Assembly: GCF_026210795.1 (NCBI RefSeq)
Contig: NC_089433.1
Coordinates: forward strand, 1 to 64,000
Length of the DNA: 64,000 nucleotides
Source of the DNA: Rhizophagus irregularis
Taxonomy: Eukaryota
Reading direction: 5' to 3'
Shown here: positions 1 through 11,636 of the stretch, piece by piece
Layout: each line of letters starts with the position of its first letter
Position numbering within the stretch: the stretch's first letter is position 1
Translations under genes and position numbers: made by a program
Notes under the pieces: model-generated
Seen by the model: only the letters and a program-made list of their open reading frames with translations
What the model was told of the DNA's origin: nothing
Databases searched by the model: none

Positions 1-20
1 AAAAACTAATCAGGACGAAG

Positions 21-311
21 ATGAGATTACCCCAGAGCTTCTTAAGAAAAATAGGAGCTAAACGCACCCGATGGTTCATGCCGGTCCAATCACACTTGAC
101 ATACGACAATCTTTCAGAAATCGCATTAAGACATAAAATTAACCGTCTTGATGCAGGAAAAAATTACGCTTTGGGTGATCCAAAATCGAAGAAGGAGCCC
201 ATATCTGATTCTGAAAATACACCAAGCCTGGTACCTCAGCTTAAAAATGATGATTATAACCCTTTCAAGGGACAGATAGCAGAAATAGATTCAATGTTAG
301 TTGGTTTCTAA
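21..311 (+). CDS. Unknown protein, probably the C-terminal part of an ORF running in from outside the window
   Basis: 96-aa ORF at the window edge; no motif recognised. Confidence 0.3.
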   Translation: MRLPQSFLRKIGAKRTRWFMPVQSHLTYDNLSEIALRHKINRLDAGKNYALGDPKSKKEPISDSENTPSLVPQLKNDDYNPFKGQIAEIDSMLVGF

Positions 312-588
312 AATTATGTAATTAATATATTATTCGAGATCCTGCCAAAATGGGGCAGGAGTTGCGCCTGAATTTCGTCAAGAAGCCTATATAATTGGTC
401 TTAAATTAACATTGGATAGATTGGCACGGGAGCTAGAGTTTGCGCTAAAAGATGATTATTCTAAGCCAGCCAGTCCAGAGTGATCACCAGCTCAGAAGAA
501 TTTGCTGAGCCATGCACAGCGCCTTCGGCCAGATTGTGCGACAATAACCTTATTTTTTTGACTGAAATAATCTAACCATATATAAAAA

Positions 589-978
589 ATGCATATAGTT
601 AATTTGCTAGAATGTCTTCCGCCAAAGTTAATACCATTTATTATAAAGGATCTTTCAAACCAGGATCTAAAAAATTTTCGCAGTATAAATGATATATGGG
701 TAAAGGAGGTAGACTTTGAATGGTCTAAAAGAAAGACTCTTTTTGATTTTCAGACTGGATCATTGGTTCAAAGCAACGATACGGTAAAAGACTTTTATTC
801 GAAACTAAAAGAGTACAACAAAAGTGTGGGCTATCATGAAGAACGGCTCAAATAGCTATTCCTCAAAGGAATATCGTCTGAAAATACATTTAAAGTTCTT
901 TTGGATGGGTTAGAAATACTTGCGTTAGATGAGATAATGAAAAGGCTCAGTCAGAGCAGTGATCTACCAGCAAACTAG
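589..978 (+). pseudogene. F-box-like N-terminus fused to a retrotransposon Gag capsid C-terminal-domain-like region (internal TAG at 853-855)
   Basis: LECLPPKLIPFIIKDLSNQDLKNFRSINDIW is F-box-like. GSLVQSNDTVKDFYSKL...YHEERLK*LFLKGI...LALDEIMKRL aligns with the Gag at 15210-15420. The frame stays open past the single stop to TAG at 976-978. Confidence 0.65.
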
Positions 979-1033
979 ATTCGGCTAACTTTATTTTTTC
1001 GTTTAAAGATACAACATATAAAATAGAATATTT

Positions 1034-2005
1034 ATGGCGCATTCAAGCATTTTTAATTTACCGGAACTATTAGAGCGAATTCTATATTTCTTAGCAATAG
1101 ATAAGTCACTATATCCCGCTCTATTTGTATCCCGATTGTGGTACAGATGCGGTGCCCTATTCTATGAAGACGCATTGAGCTAAAGGGAAATGAAGTAGAG
1201 GATAAATCTCGACTGGAAAAATTTATGAAATTAGTACATGGTGTGGTATACCACTCATGGGGAGGGCGAAAACCAATCTATAGCTCAAAATTAACTCATC
1301 TTAAAATATCACATTACCCACTTTCAAATAAAAAAATCAAAGGCATTGTACATACTTTCCAAAATATAATTCATTTAGATTTCGAAGGAAGTACGGACTG
1401 TATTGGTAAAACTCTAAAGCTAATAGCGAAATCATATCCAAATTTGGAGTATCTTAATATATCTGCTTTACGTTTAAGATTTAAATCAGAAAATGATATA
1501 GGTTTATCTGCAATTGCAAATTCATGCCATAGATTAGAATATCTAAATATCTCTAATCGCACAGAATTTTCTGAAATATCAATTTGTAATGTTATTCGCT
1601 CTTGCCCAAGGCTCCAGCATCTTGACCTTAGCTTTTGTAAAATTAGCAATATAACTATTGAAGAAATTGCCAGATCATGTCTTAATTTAAAATATCTTAA
1701 TTTGAGGGGTGTTATAAAATTAGTAAAGAAGCCGTAGATCAGCTGGTTTCTCGCTTAGTCCAAATATCAATATCGAGAATTTTGTGGATACTATAACGCC
1801 TCCTGATCTCATTGGGGTGGTTAGAAATCATCTTACACATAACAATGTTGCTAGTAGACAGATTTTAGCTCAGAGCCTTCAGAGCCTTTTAGACCTAAGT
1901 ATGCGAGATAATTTGCAGTGGTATTCCGATCCAGGGTTGGCTAGATCAACAGTCCGGAGCAATGATACAGTAGTTATATTTGAAGATCTATGTGCTGATC
2001 ATTAG
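1034..2005 (+). pseudogene. F-box/leucine-rich-repeat (FBXL-like) protein, frameshifted
   Basis: MAHSSIFNLPELLERILYFL...VSRLW F-box at 1034. LRR units ([29 protein letters not shown]) in 1225-1737. Frameshifts near 1160 and 1710. Confidence 0.8.
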
Positions 2006-2560
2006 CTCGGAAGACTTAGCACAGATTTCTGCGTAATGATATAATAGCCGATCACCGGACAGGGCCTGTACGACATAATAATTTTTGCATATATTCGAAA
2101 AACATATTAACCTTTATTCTTTATTTTTTCCCCAAATACAATCATGAGAAAATGTGAAAGAATGTCTACAAGCAACACAGGACCAACTCTAAAAGTAAAT
2201 AGTGACGACAAAAGCATATGTTATGAAAGGCTGAGGGACACGCAATTTCGAGATCGCCAGGCGTAAAACCAACTATGTCTTTCCGGTAGATCTACATGTG
2301 AAAAGGTATGAGAATTCTATTTGCATGTGCCTTCATAGAACTCTTGGCATCATACGACAATGCTAATCACTATTCTTATCTCCTTAACTTCGGCTTGGCG
2401 CTCTTTTTCCAGCAAGATATAAAGCATGTAGGAGTATGTGGAAGTTCAGCCAACTTTCCGCAAAAATAATATCCGTAAAATGTCACAAAATAAGGTATGT
2501 ATATGCTAAAAGTTTTGTATACATGCAAGCGAAAAGTTCTCACATTGGACCATGAATTTA

Positions 2561-2966
2561 GGAAAGTAAGAAGCCTAGCACCTTCACTTGCTTCGTTCGT
2601 AGTGAGGCCAACAAAGATATTTTTAATGTAATAATTGATAGGGATTTGACCGTTAGTGACCTGGAAGCTAAGATCAAAACTGACCGGCCAGATTTAGAAG
2701 AAATAAACATCGAACTATATAGGAAAGATTTCTTTCAAGAAAATAATGTTCTAATCAATACTGTGAATAGCGATAAACCTGAAAAAAGACAAGGGGTATG
2801 ATGGACCCGCAAAAAAAAATTTCTCAATGCTTTTCCTTGGGGGGAAGACTCTGCATCGCCTTTTCCTCTAGAAGAAGGTAAAATAGCCGGCTTAAAACCT
2901 ATTAACATCATCATATACCCCCAGGTGGAGTTGGAAAAAAAGCCTCCCTCGGATATTGGACTCTAG
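2561..2966 (+). pseudogene. Crinkler (CRN) N-terminal ubiquitin-like domain fragment, part of a spliced gene starting near 2144
   Basis: FTCFVRSEANKDIFNVIIDRDLTVSDLEAKIK...NIELYR...INIIIYP resembles the CRN/Ubl header. Flanked by a GT-AG intron. Confidence 0.5.
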
Positions 2967-3307
2967 CGAATCAGAAAGCAAACTTCGCGCGATCCCTACA
3001 GGAGATTCGCTTGCGCTGTCCATTTTCTGAAATAATTAGTATTTTTTATCATGCTATGTAATAGTTTTTATGTATTGTAGGCCGGCTACCGGCAACTATT
3101 TTATTTCATAAATAAAGTATTATTATCTTATCGAATGTACTGTATATGAGAAGCGGGTCACGTGTAATGATGCAATTCCTGTGCTACATAAAAACCTATA
3201 TTAACGCCCAGTATTCCCTTTCCCGAACAGATATAAAATTTTATCTCACTCCGAACGTAACACTATTTTTTTGTCCGAGCCTATTATCACTATAAAAACG
3301 TAACACT

Positions 3308-4515
3308 ATGTCTTCTGAAACCAGTACACCTTATACTCCAGCTTCCACCTCTACTACTGTTGCTGGAAATGAGACGGTCTCGTTGGCGGACGAAATTAAA
3401 AAATATGACACGGTCAAGCTTATAGAATTTTTGCAGGGACATGACTTAGGTCTTAGCGAGACGGCTATCAAATTTTAGAAGAAGAAGAGATTGATGGTCG
3501 TGCCTTCCTCAAAATGACCGAACAGAGGTTCAGAGATTATGGCATGAAGGGAGGACCAGCTGTAAAGCTTGTGGAATTTGCTAAGGAGTGTAAAGATAAA
3601 AAGTTGAGGTCGTTCTCCTCGTACAAGACTAAGAAAGAGTTGAGTGAGGTGTTGGAGAAATATGGGATTGTTAGCGGGGATATAACTCGCATTCCACAGT
3701 TCATACCACGTAAGTAATATCAGATTAAAGGAGTTCTTTTTTTTTATATATTTCGAGCTCACATATCATAATATAGCCATCCACACTATCAACGAAAGCG
3801 CCCCGAATTTAAGCTATGTATTGACGACATCCTTCGTAGAATAAAAAATATGGGTCCAGTTGTAGATAGTAACGAAGCTATGCGGTGCGAGTATATTTCA
3901 ACGATCTTACATACGGCTGTAAGTATTCTCAGCGACTTGGTAATCACACCTCAGGCAAATATAATTGGTGAAGAAAACACAGGCCGTGTCGACTATGCCA
4001 TCAAAAAAATTATCAGCGAGATGCTGGAGGAAATAATTTGCATAACCGAAGGCAAACAGAATCAAGCAACTATAGGTATCTGCCAAAACTTACTACAATG
4101 CCGAAGTGCTTGCGATGTAAGTATAACAGATTCTACTAGCTCGCTCGCTATAGGATGATCATGGGCTATTGCTAACTTACTTCTCTATTTCCCTCGATTT
4201 GAATATAAATATCAACAAAAAAAAAGAAAGGTGGATGATGCATTCGATCCCGACTACGACTACGTCTATGGTATAGTCAGTACTGGAACTGACTGGTACT
4301 TCATTCTTCACAGCACTGAAGGTATCTATAGTACGAGCAGGACCGAGTATCGAATTTCACTTACAGAAGACGCTCTCAAAGATGATACAGAATTGCGTAA
4401 GAATGTGAAGAGGGTTTTAGAAGTGATCGTAGGATTATTAAAGGATAGAGCAGTAGGTAGTGAGGAACCCGCAACTAAGAAGCACCGTGTAGAAGAGATA
4501 ATTAAGAAAAAATAA
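3308..4515 (+). pseudogene. SAM-like domain + PD-(D/E)XK-like nuclease protein (spliced, frameshifted)
   Basis: EEIDGRAFLKMTEQRFRDYGMKGGPAVKL is SAM-like. GRVDYAI...ICITEGKQ...QNLLQ...YVYGIVSTGTDWYF is restriction-endonuclease-like. Introns near 3710-3776 and 4117-4200. Confidence 0.7.
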
Positions 4516-4688
4516 TCATGTATATTAGATAGACGTCATGTATCACGGGCTAAGTCCCGATCTTGTATTTATTTTTGCATGTATTAATAAAAAAAAAATT
4601 GAATTTTGCAGGTATTTGATAAGCGAAAAAATATATAGTCACTCGAGTGGAGTCGAGGGGCTATAAACAATTTATTATATCATAATCC

Positions 4689-5240
4689 TTAGCATAATGC
4701 TCGCGCTAGAGCCAATATATGTTCTGACCCTAAAACAATAGTCTTGGTGAATGCATCGTATAAAGCACCTGGTTTGTGCTTTGAAGGGGCTAAATCCGGG
4801 TGATGGAGGAATTTCATAAGCACGTCGTTCCTCCAAGTTTTCATCTCTTCTTGCTCCCAAGTTATTCCTATTAACGTGGTCAAGTTATTAATGGAATAGT
4901 TCATTTGGATTAGATTCTGGAGCGAAGATCGTTTATTTTTTTCTAGAGTAAATAGACTCATTCCTCCCATAACAGCAGATTCTACACTAATAGGAACCCT
5001 TTTACAAATATCCGATCTACTCGCTAAGATAGATAAGGGTGGAATTAGAGCTGGGTGGTAGAAGTCGGCTAAGGGGTCCAATTCGAATTCGCCAACATAC
5101 AAAGTCCCAATATCTTCTAGGTAATCGGAAAGCCTATCCACATATTTATAGCCTTCTCGAATCAACTTCTGAAATAGCTTTCCATTTGGGTCGATCCATC
5201 GGTCTGTTAAAATATTGAATACTGTTTTTTGCTTGTCCAT
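4689..5240 (-). CDS. Hypothetical protein with N-terminal NxxTxRWIxxxGxxFxKL motif
   Basis: 183-aa intronless ORF. The N-terminal motif resembles a short adaptor motif of large DNA virus proteins. Confidence 0.5.
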   Translation of the reverse strand: MDKQKTVFNILTDRWIDPNGKLFQKLIREGYKYVDRLSDYLEDIGTLYVGEFELDPLADFYHPALIPPLSILASRSDICKRVPISVESAVMGGMSLFTLEKNKRSSLQNLIQMNYSINNLTTLIGITWEQEEMKTWRNDVLMKFLHHPDLAPSKHKPGALYDAFTKTIVLGSEHILALARALC

Positions 5241-5369
5241 AGAAATGAAGTAGTATGGTGTGGTATATATTTTTCGTTTATGTTATACTTTTTCCACCGA
5301 AGTTCAATTCGGATTTTTCCATAATTTGAAATCGGATTTTATAATGGAAGTGAAGAAAGAATATAATAA

Positions 5370-5597
5370 ATGGATCGTCTTACCTGCCCACATATTAGAA
5401 AGGATGGGAGTACTTGTGGCCGAGTCTGCACCCGCTTGGCAGGATGTTCGCTCCACTGGAAATCGGGTGCAAATAATATGCTAAAATCTCCATGCAGAAT
5501 ATGTGATAAACCTACATTATCTTATACGGGCTATTGTTCCAAACATGCCAAAAAAATCTATCGTCACCTCGAAAGAGAGAGACAACGAATAAATTGA
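5370..5597 (+). CDS. Small Cys/His zinc-finger protein
   Basis: CPHIRKDGSTCGRVCTRLAGCSLH and CRICDKPTLSYTGYCSKH in 75 aa. Confidence 0.6.
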   Translation: MDRLTCPHIRKDGSTCGRVCTRLAGCSLHWKSGANNMLKSPCRICDKPTLSYTGYCSKHAKKIYRHLERERQRIN

Positions 5598-5769
5598 TCC
5601 CAGCTGAAGGCACTCAGGGTAAGGGATCGTGCCTACTTGTATGATTGTCATAAACCCCTATTAATATTTTTTTTCTTGGCAAAAGAGATCAGCGTGAACA
5701 ATTGTTCACGATCAGCTTAAATATTTTCCGATTTTGAATACTAGCATTATAGAACATTAAAATATTATC

Positions 5770-7323
5770 ATGTCATCCGAACTTGATTCATTGAGACAAC
5801 GCATTATTGAGCTTGAGGCCGAGAATGCTGAGGTTAAGGCCAAATATATCAAGGTTATGGATGAGAATGCAGAGGTCAAGGCTGAGAATGCAAAGTTAAG
5901 GTGCGCTTTGGAAGAACGTGAAGCTAGGTTCACGAGACTAGAGCAGAGAGATAAAGAAAAGACCAACCTTATTGCCAAAATGGATGATGATATCAAGGAA
6001 ATCAAACAATCATCGGCCAATGCCAGCTCTGTCGAGAATCCCAACAATGTTGTTCGCCTGGGTAAACTAGAAAAGATGGCAAAGCCATCAAATACATCTG
6101 ATAGTACATTTAATTCTAATGCATGCAAACCTATTTGTACAGAAACTAAGTCATTGGAGGATAAAGAGACGGATGATTTATTGGATGAGGAGTATAGGAG
6201 AAAGGTTAGCGATGAGATCAGGCAGAGGAAGCGGGAAAAAAAGCTTCAGAGCGAATTGATTGTCCAGGAGTCATCACCAGCAATTAACACCAGTTGTATA
6301 ACAGACCTCTCTACGACTAGCACTGGACTTGTAACTCCCCCAGAACAGGTAGTTGAAGAATCGATTCCAAAGGAATCATCTGCAGAGTCAGCGATACCCT
6401 GTGAGTCTTTTGGAAACAAGCAGGACACTCCACCCCAAAAAATTCCCTATAATCAGAAAGTAGAACAAGATTTAATACGCGAACTACTTGAATTTATTAA
6501 ATGCCATAATTCCACATCCTTACCGAATTCTATATCTAGCAAACATATTCCAGATGTCCCAGTCAATGCTGACCTAACTCCAGGTTCTGTACTTCATTTA
6601 GCTCATTTATTTGACAAGGCTGAAAAGACCGGTCGGAAAGAAAAATTACGATGGTATTACTATAGTGAGGAATATGAAAAAAAGATTGTAACCCTTAGAT
6701 CCGAAAATGATATTAGCGATCAAATGGCAAGAACGCAGATTTATGATGAAATGGAGCTGTATCTTCCCGGTAAAAAGAGAGAGTATTTGCGTAAGATGAC
6801 ACAAAAGGCTAAAAACATCTATACCTTGTTTAAAGGAATAGGAATAGATAAAATTGGAGTGGTTACATCTAGTGCTGATGCAATCTCTGGACTAACTGAT
6901 GCACAAATCCAGAATATAATAAATCTTTATACTGATGAACTAACCAAATCTCAAAAATTGATCGGCGTGAACAATTGCTCACGCACACGTGGTCTGCCAG
7001 CTGAAGTACCAGCATTCTCTCAGCCAAATGCTCCATCGGAAATGATTTCATCAGACATGTCTCAAGCAAATGTACCATCTGCATCCCAATCTAAGCCCGA
7101 TCATTCTTATTTTCGCAACAAGATATTGGATCAATATTCTAATCTATATAGAGAATGTAGTAGTGAAAATTTTGATTATTATGGGATTACTGATGAGACA
7201 TCAGGGGACTATATCTGCCCATTATGCAAATTAGGTCATGATGATGAAGAAATAGAAGGTAGGTATAAAGCAGGATCTTACTTTATTAAATGTGAACAGC
7301 GTGAAATTGAGATAGTTGTGTAG
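5770..7323 (+). CDS. Coiled-coil protein with uncharacterised helical domain and C-terminal CxxC..H zinc finger
   Basis: 517-aa intronless ORF. Heptad-rich N-terminus, WYYYSEEYEKK...LRKMTQKAKNIYTLF domain, and CPLCKLGH...C. Confidence 0.75.
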   Translation: MSSELDSLRQRIIELEAENAEVKAKYIKVMDENAEVKAENAKLRCALEEREARFTRLEQRDKEKTNLIAKMDDDIKEIKQSSANASSVENPNNVVRLGKLEKMAKPSNTSDSTFNSNACKPICTETKSLEDKETDDLLDEEYRRKVSDEIRQRKREKKLQSELIVQESSPAINTSCITDLSTTSTGLVTPPEQVVEESIPKESSAESAIPCESFGNKQDTPPQKIPYNQKVEQDLIRELLEFIKCHNSTSLPNSISSKHIPDVPVNADLTPGSVLHLAHLFDKAEKTGRKEKLRWYYYSEEYEKKIVTLRSENDISDQMARTQIYDEMELYLPGKKREYLRKMTQKAKNIYTLFKGIGIDKIGVVTSSADAISGLTDAQIQNIINLYTDELTKSQKLIGVNNCSRTRGLPAEVPAFSQPNAPSEMISSDMSQANVPSASQSKPDHSYFRNKILDQYSNLYRECSSENFDYYGITDETSGDYICPLCKLGHDDEEIEGRYKAGSYFIKCEQREIEIVV

Positions 7324-7429
7324 TCTCATTGCTTTACAATAGTCTGGGAATTTTAATCTTTTTTTCGAATGAATAGGTCTATATGAGAAAAAAGGGATTT
7401 AAATTCTTTGCAGTCATATAAAAAGGAAA

Positions 7430-7969
7430 ATGACTGAGTCTGTTAAAATACTAACCGCCAATTATCTGGATTGGCATGCCAAATTAACTGGGTTACCAAG
7501 TATTTTGACAGATAAGATTCGTTCCAAATTATACAAAAGATATAAAAAAGAAACTGGAAATGAGCCATGGCAACTATCAGAAGTACATGAATCGGAAGTT
7601 ATAAATTCAAAGCCAGAAAAAGGGCCCATCACCTTCGAAGCCAGACCTGATCCAGAATTAATTATCAAATCCGTCTTAGAGCATTTCACATACTTGAAAT
7701 TCCGAAATAGTTTTAGGGGGATTGATAATTATAATTTTGCATCACTTCAGCCATGGAGCTCACCATGTCCTATTTGCAATGGAAAACATGGGAATTATGG
7801 ATTACATGGCTCATGGTACTGCGAAAATGGGAATCAGCTCCCTTATGACCCTGAATTAGCGAAGTTCTATTCTCAAGATAAGTTGGAATATTGTCTTACC
7901 TGCAACACTTCAAGCAATAAACTCAAGTTCGCGATCGTGAAAATGCGCAGTCGCAATGTGGTGATGTAA
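7430..7969 (+). CDS. Hypothetical zinc-finger protein
   Basis: 179-aa ORF with CPICNGKH...CLTC, similar in pattern to the C-terminus of the 5770 ORF. Confidence 0.6.
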   Translation: MTESVKILTANYLDWHAKLTGLPSILTDKIRSKLYKRYKKETGNEPWQLSEVHESEVINSKPEKGPITFEARPDPELIIKSVLEHFTYLKFRNSFRGIDNYNFASLQPWSSPCPICNGKHGNYGLHGSWYCENGNQLPYDPELAKFYSQDKLEYCLTCNTSSNKLKFAIVKMRSRNVVM

Positions 7970-8319
7970 TTATTGTCTTATTGATCCCGATTTGTGCGAA
8001 TCACATCCTCTAAAACATTATCCGAATATAGGTATTTTTTTCGTCAATCATCATTTCGTGATTTGGGGATAAGAATTGCAAGGGATGAAATGTCAGAATG
8101 CAAGTTCGTTATAACTGTTATAAAATAGTAATATTAAATGATGGGGATCGTTCATTCTGCAGAATTTACAAGCACGCATATGTAATAGAATTTTTATTTT
8201 GTATAACTTGCAATGTATAATCTATTATCTATTCATTCATCTACAACAGTATTTATGAAAAAAATATAATTATTTTAAATTTTCATAATCATGATTGGCA
8301 CCATAATAACTACATGGGG

Positions 8320-9303
8320 TTATGGTCTAGAAATCGTATCAAGTACAATATTTAGTTCCATTGTCCATCCACATAATAATACCAAGTGTTCATTCCAGTC
8401 TATTTTATAATAAACCGTATTGGTACCATTCCAGTAAACAAAATATGGTGCGCGAGAAGGTCTGACATTTGGAGGATTTAGAGGAGTAGCAGGGACCGAT
8501 GCTACTCCAGGATTCGGATTCTGGCGGACAGGACCTAGAGTATCCGGCAATGCGATTCCAATAAATTCTATCGCAAGAAGATTTTGTTGAATCACAGTAA
8601 GTTTTTCAAACGCGAATCCACGATCGGGGTCGCGATTATAAAAAACCTGTCAAGTATTTAGATCTGATGAGCAAAACCAATTTGCAATTCAAATTTTTTT
8701 ATGTAAGAATTTGATAAATTACCTCAATATACACATCCGGTGGCGGACATGCGTTAACGTATGGTTTAGATAATTGTGCATGAGTTGGCCAATTAAACCA
8801 GATACCAACATCTGATTTATATTTATTTTCCATCATCTTACAATCTGTACCTTGTGTTACGAACCAATTTGGATTATGTGTATCGGCTGAACTATTTAAT
8901 TTGAATTGAATTCGTGTTTTATGCCCTCCATCAATCTAATATAGAAAGTGGTCAGATTCAAATCAATGATACAGTATGTAGCTTGAAATAAAACTTACTT
9001 TGATGAACAAGTCCTTCCCAATCATTTCAGCGTGGTATCTATCAAATACCGCCTGCTGTACATATTCATTACATTCATCTAGCTCGGGAAGGGTAAACTT
9101 GACAAGGGTTTGGTTTTGTTTTTGCGTTAAGATTTTGTCAATTTTCGTGCAGATCTATTGTATATAGTCGTTAGCCACACTTCTTTGCTATTTTAAAACA
9201 GTCTTAAGCAACACTTAAATACTTGATTAATTTTAGAGGCCTGTCTGGTCTCTCGAGTAACTGAAACGGAGATTTCTTCTGAGCCTTCAGTCGTGACGCT
9301 CAT
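8320..9303 (-). CDS. Spliced gene, putative Uma2-like PD-(D/E)XK endonuclease-fold protein
   Basis: Exons joined across GT-AG introns give MSVTTEGSEE...YKSDVGIWF...PPPDVYIE|VFYNRDPD...IEFIGIALP. Confidence 0.5.
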
Positions 9304-10247
9304 TATTATTTGATAAATTGTTCCACGGTACAGGAAGCAAGAGAAACGCAGAAAACAAAAAAAAAAAAAAAAAAAAATACTACATACGTTTCCTTTATAG
9401 GGCGAATTTTCCAGAACTTCTTACATCATTACCGTTCCACAGTCACGTGATATTGGCTGACCGACGTACTCCCAATAATATCTAAGCATCTAGCGTGACA
9501 GTTACAAACCTTCCATCAACTAAGGATGAAAATTCTCGAGCAGAGCCATCATCAAAAATCTGCATGACAGCACGTTGACACCGAATGATTCAGTGTACAT
9601 CATTCAAGGTTAGATGCTTTGTTGTTGCAGACGATTCAGATGATGATGGATATAATGGATACGGTGGATATAAAGAATATGGTGAATGTGATAGAGGCTA
9701 TTATTATCGTGATGGAAGGTACGAAAGAAAAACCTCACCAATGATGAGTCCTATTATCTCTCCGGTGACCGCCTAAGAGAATTTCGCATATTTGGTACTC
9801 GATTGTCCTATAAGTTTATTACTACGTTTCTTTTTTTCGAATCACGTGGGTGGCTTATCCAAAAGAGACTGCGGTATTTTAAACCCGATCACCTGAAATG
9901 CGCAGAAGATATCGGGAAAATTCTTGCCGGAGAATAGGGGCTGTACGACGTAAGATTGGCATATATATTCTCATTATTATTTTTTTTGACTTTATTTTTG
10001 CGTCATGTCTCCGGCCACACTATTATCATATCAATAAACAATATTCGGATATAGGCATTTCTTCAAGCAATCCTTATTTCGCATATGAGATTGGGGGGAT
10101 ATCTATGCTAATCATGAAGTCATTTTTATCGATTTGCAGGGGGATTAACGAATGACGAAATTTACAAATGCTATAAAAACCCGTCTTTAGCTTTAGCCAT
10201 CAAGATAGCTATTTTTTCTGACCACCGAGAGTTATAAGTGGGTAGGT

Positions 10248-11636
10248 ATGGAGAACCAAGATAGCTCTGTTAATACGGAAGCGACCACTGTTGATGAAAT
10301 CAATATTGGCCCAATCGGCAACACGCAAAGTAGAGAAAAGAGCAGTATTCCGGAATCTGAGAGACCCTCTCTTGTTAATCTTAGAAACCTTGGATATAAT
10401 ATCCTCAAAAGTCTCGAAGATAAAACTGTTAGAGATATTGATTTCCCAGAACTAGGTTCATGCTCCGAATGTGGCAATGACATTTTAATGTCCCCTCTCA
10501 AGGCGTTCTCATACCTCACCTGCGGACATATTTTTCACAGACTTTGTATCGAAAAAAAACTTTTCCTTGGCACTCCAAGCGCATGTCCAGCCCCCAACTG
10601 TGGAAAGAGTGTGGACATCTTAGATCAAGCTGATGGCCTTAATATCATTTCCAATCCGCCAATACCCGATCCCAGAGTGACCTCTCAATCAAGTGGAATT
10701 TCACCTTTATCCAACTCAATGAGAACGTTTACCCTATCTTCACCACCTATATGGATGGGAGGGGTCGAGGGTACAGCAACTCAGCAAGTCAAAAGTGCTT
10801 TGAGATGCGCTAAATGTTCTGAAGACCTTTCTTCGTCCCTCCCTCCTCTGCGAAGCGCCTCAACGGCAGGCTTTCTTCGAATCGCCCCTCAACCTCAAGG
10901 TCCTTCGAAACCGCTCGTATATTTAACCTGCAAGCATATTGTCCATTACAACTGTATCGATAATCCACGAAAGTTGTGTCCTATATGCGCATCGGCTAAT
11001 ATGGAAATTGATGATTTGGAAACTCCAACAGAGCAGAGTTCAAGTACTGCACAGAAAAAACGTTCTAGCGAGTTTGCTTCTGAAAAAGATTCAAATAAAA
11101 AAGCGAAGCAGACCAGGAAGCAGATTGATCGAAATGATTCCCCTACATTGAAAAAACTAATTATGGAGTTGACTTCTCCTGAGTCCCTAGAAGATGGTCT
11201 CTCTCGAGATCCCCTCATCACTTTGCAGTCGAGTGTCTTTGAGATGGACGTAAACTCGCTTGATTTTCTCGATTTATATAATAAGATTGGTACTGCTGAA
11301 GACAATCTTCGAAGAACCACTCATGATTTGCTTCGATGCTATTATATTTTTGGCCAAGCCACTAAGCAGTTATTCGATCATTTTAGAAAAACTTGTAATG
11401 AGGATGCATCTAATGCTAAAGTTAACGATAGAATCATGAATCAGATTTCTGTACAAGATAAGCTTACCGAGACTAACCTTCGAAAAAGAAAGGAAAGGGG
11501 TAAAAAGGTTTTCAGGCTTTTTAGTAATGTTGGTGGTATAGAAGCAATAGAACGGTTAAAGTCTTTTAATGCTACTACAATCTTAAATCTATCCCCAGAT
11601 GATGTCGATTTTCTTATTGCTAGATTAAACGAATAA
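10248..11636 (+). CDS. Double RING-finger protein (putative E3 ligase) with C-terminal helical domain
   Basis: CSEC...LTCGHIFHRLCI...CPAPNC and CAKC...LTCKHIVHYNCI...CPIC. 462 aa, intronless. Confidence 0.8.
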   Translation: MENQDSSVNTEATTVDEINIGPIGNTQSREKSSIPESERPSLVNLRNLGYNILKSLEDKTVRDIDFPELGSCSECGNDILMSPLKAFSYLTCGHIFHRLCIEKKLFLGTPSACPAPNCGKSVDILDQADGLNIISNPPIPDPRVTSQSSGISPLSNSMRTFTLSSPPIWMGGVEGTATQQVKSALRCAKCSEDLSSSLPPLRSASTAGFLRIAPQPQGPSKPLVYLTCKHIVHYNCIDNPRKLCPICASANMEIDDLETPTEQSSSTAQKKRSSEFASEKDSNKKAKQTRKQIDRNDSPTLKKLIMELTSPESLEDGLSRDPLITLQSSVFEMDVNSLDFLDLYNKIGTAEDNLRRTTHDLLRCYYIFGQATKQLFDHFRKTCNEDASNAKVNDRIMNQISVQDKLTETNLRKRKERGKKVFRLFSNVGGIEAIERLKSFNATTILNLSPDDVDFLIARLNE

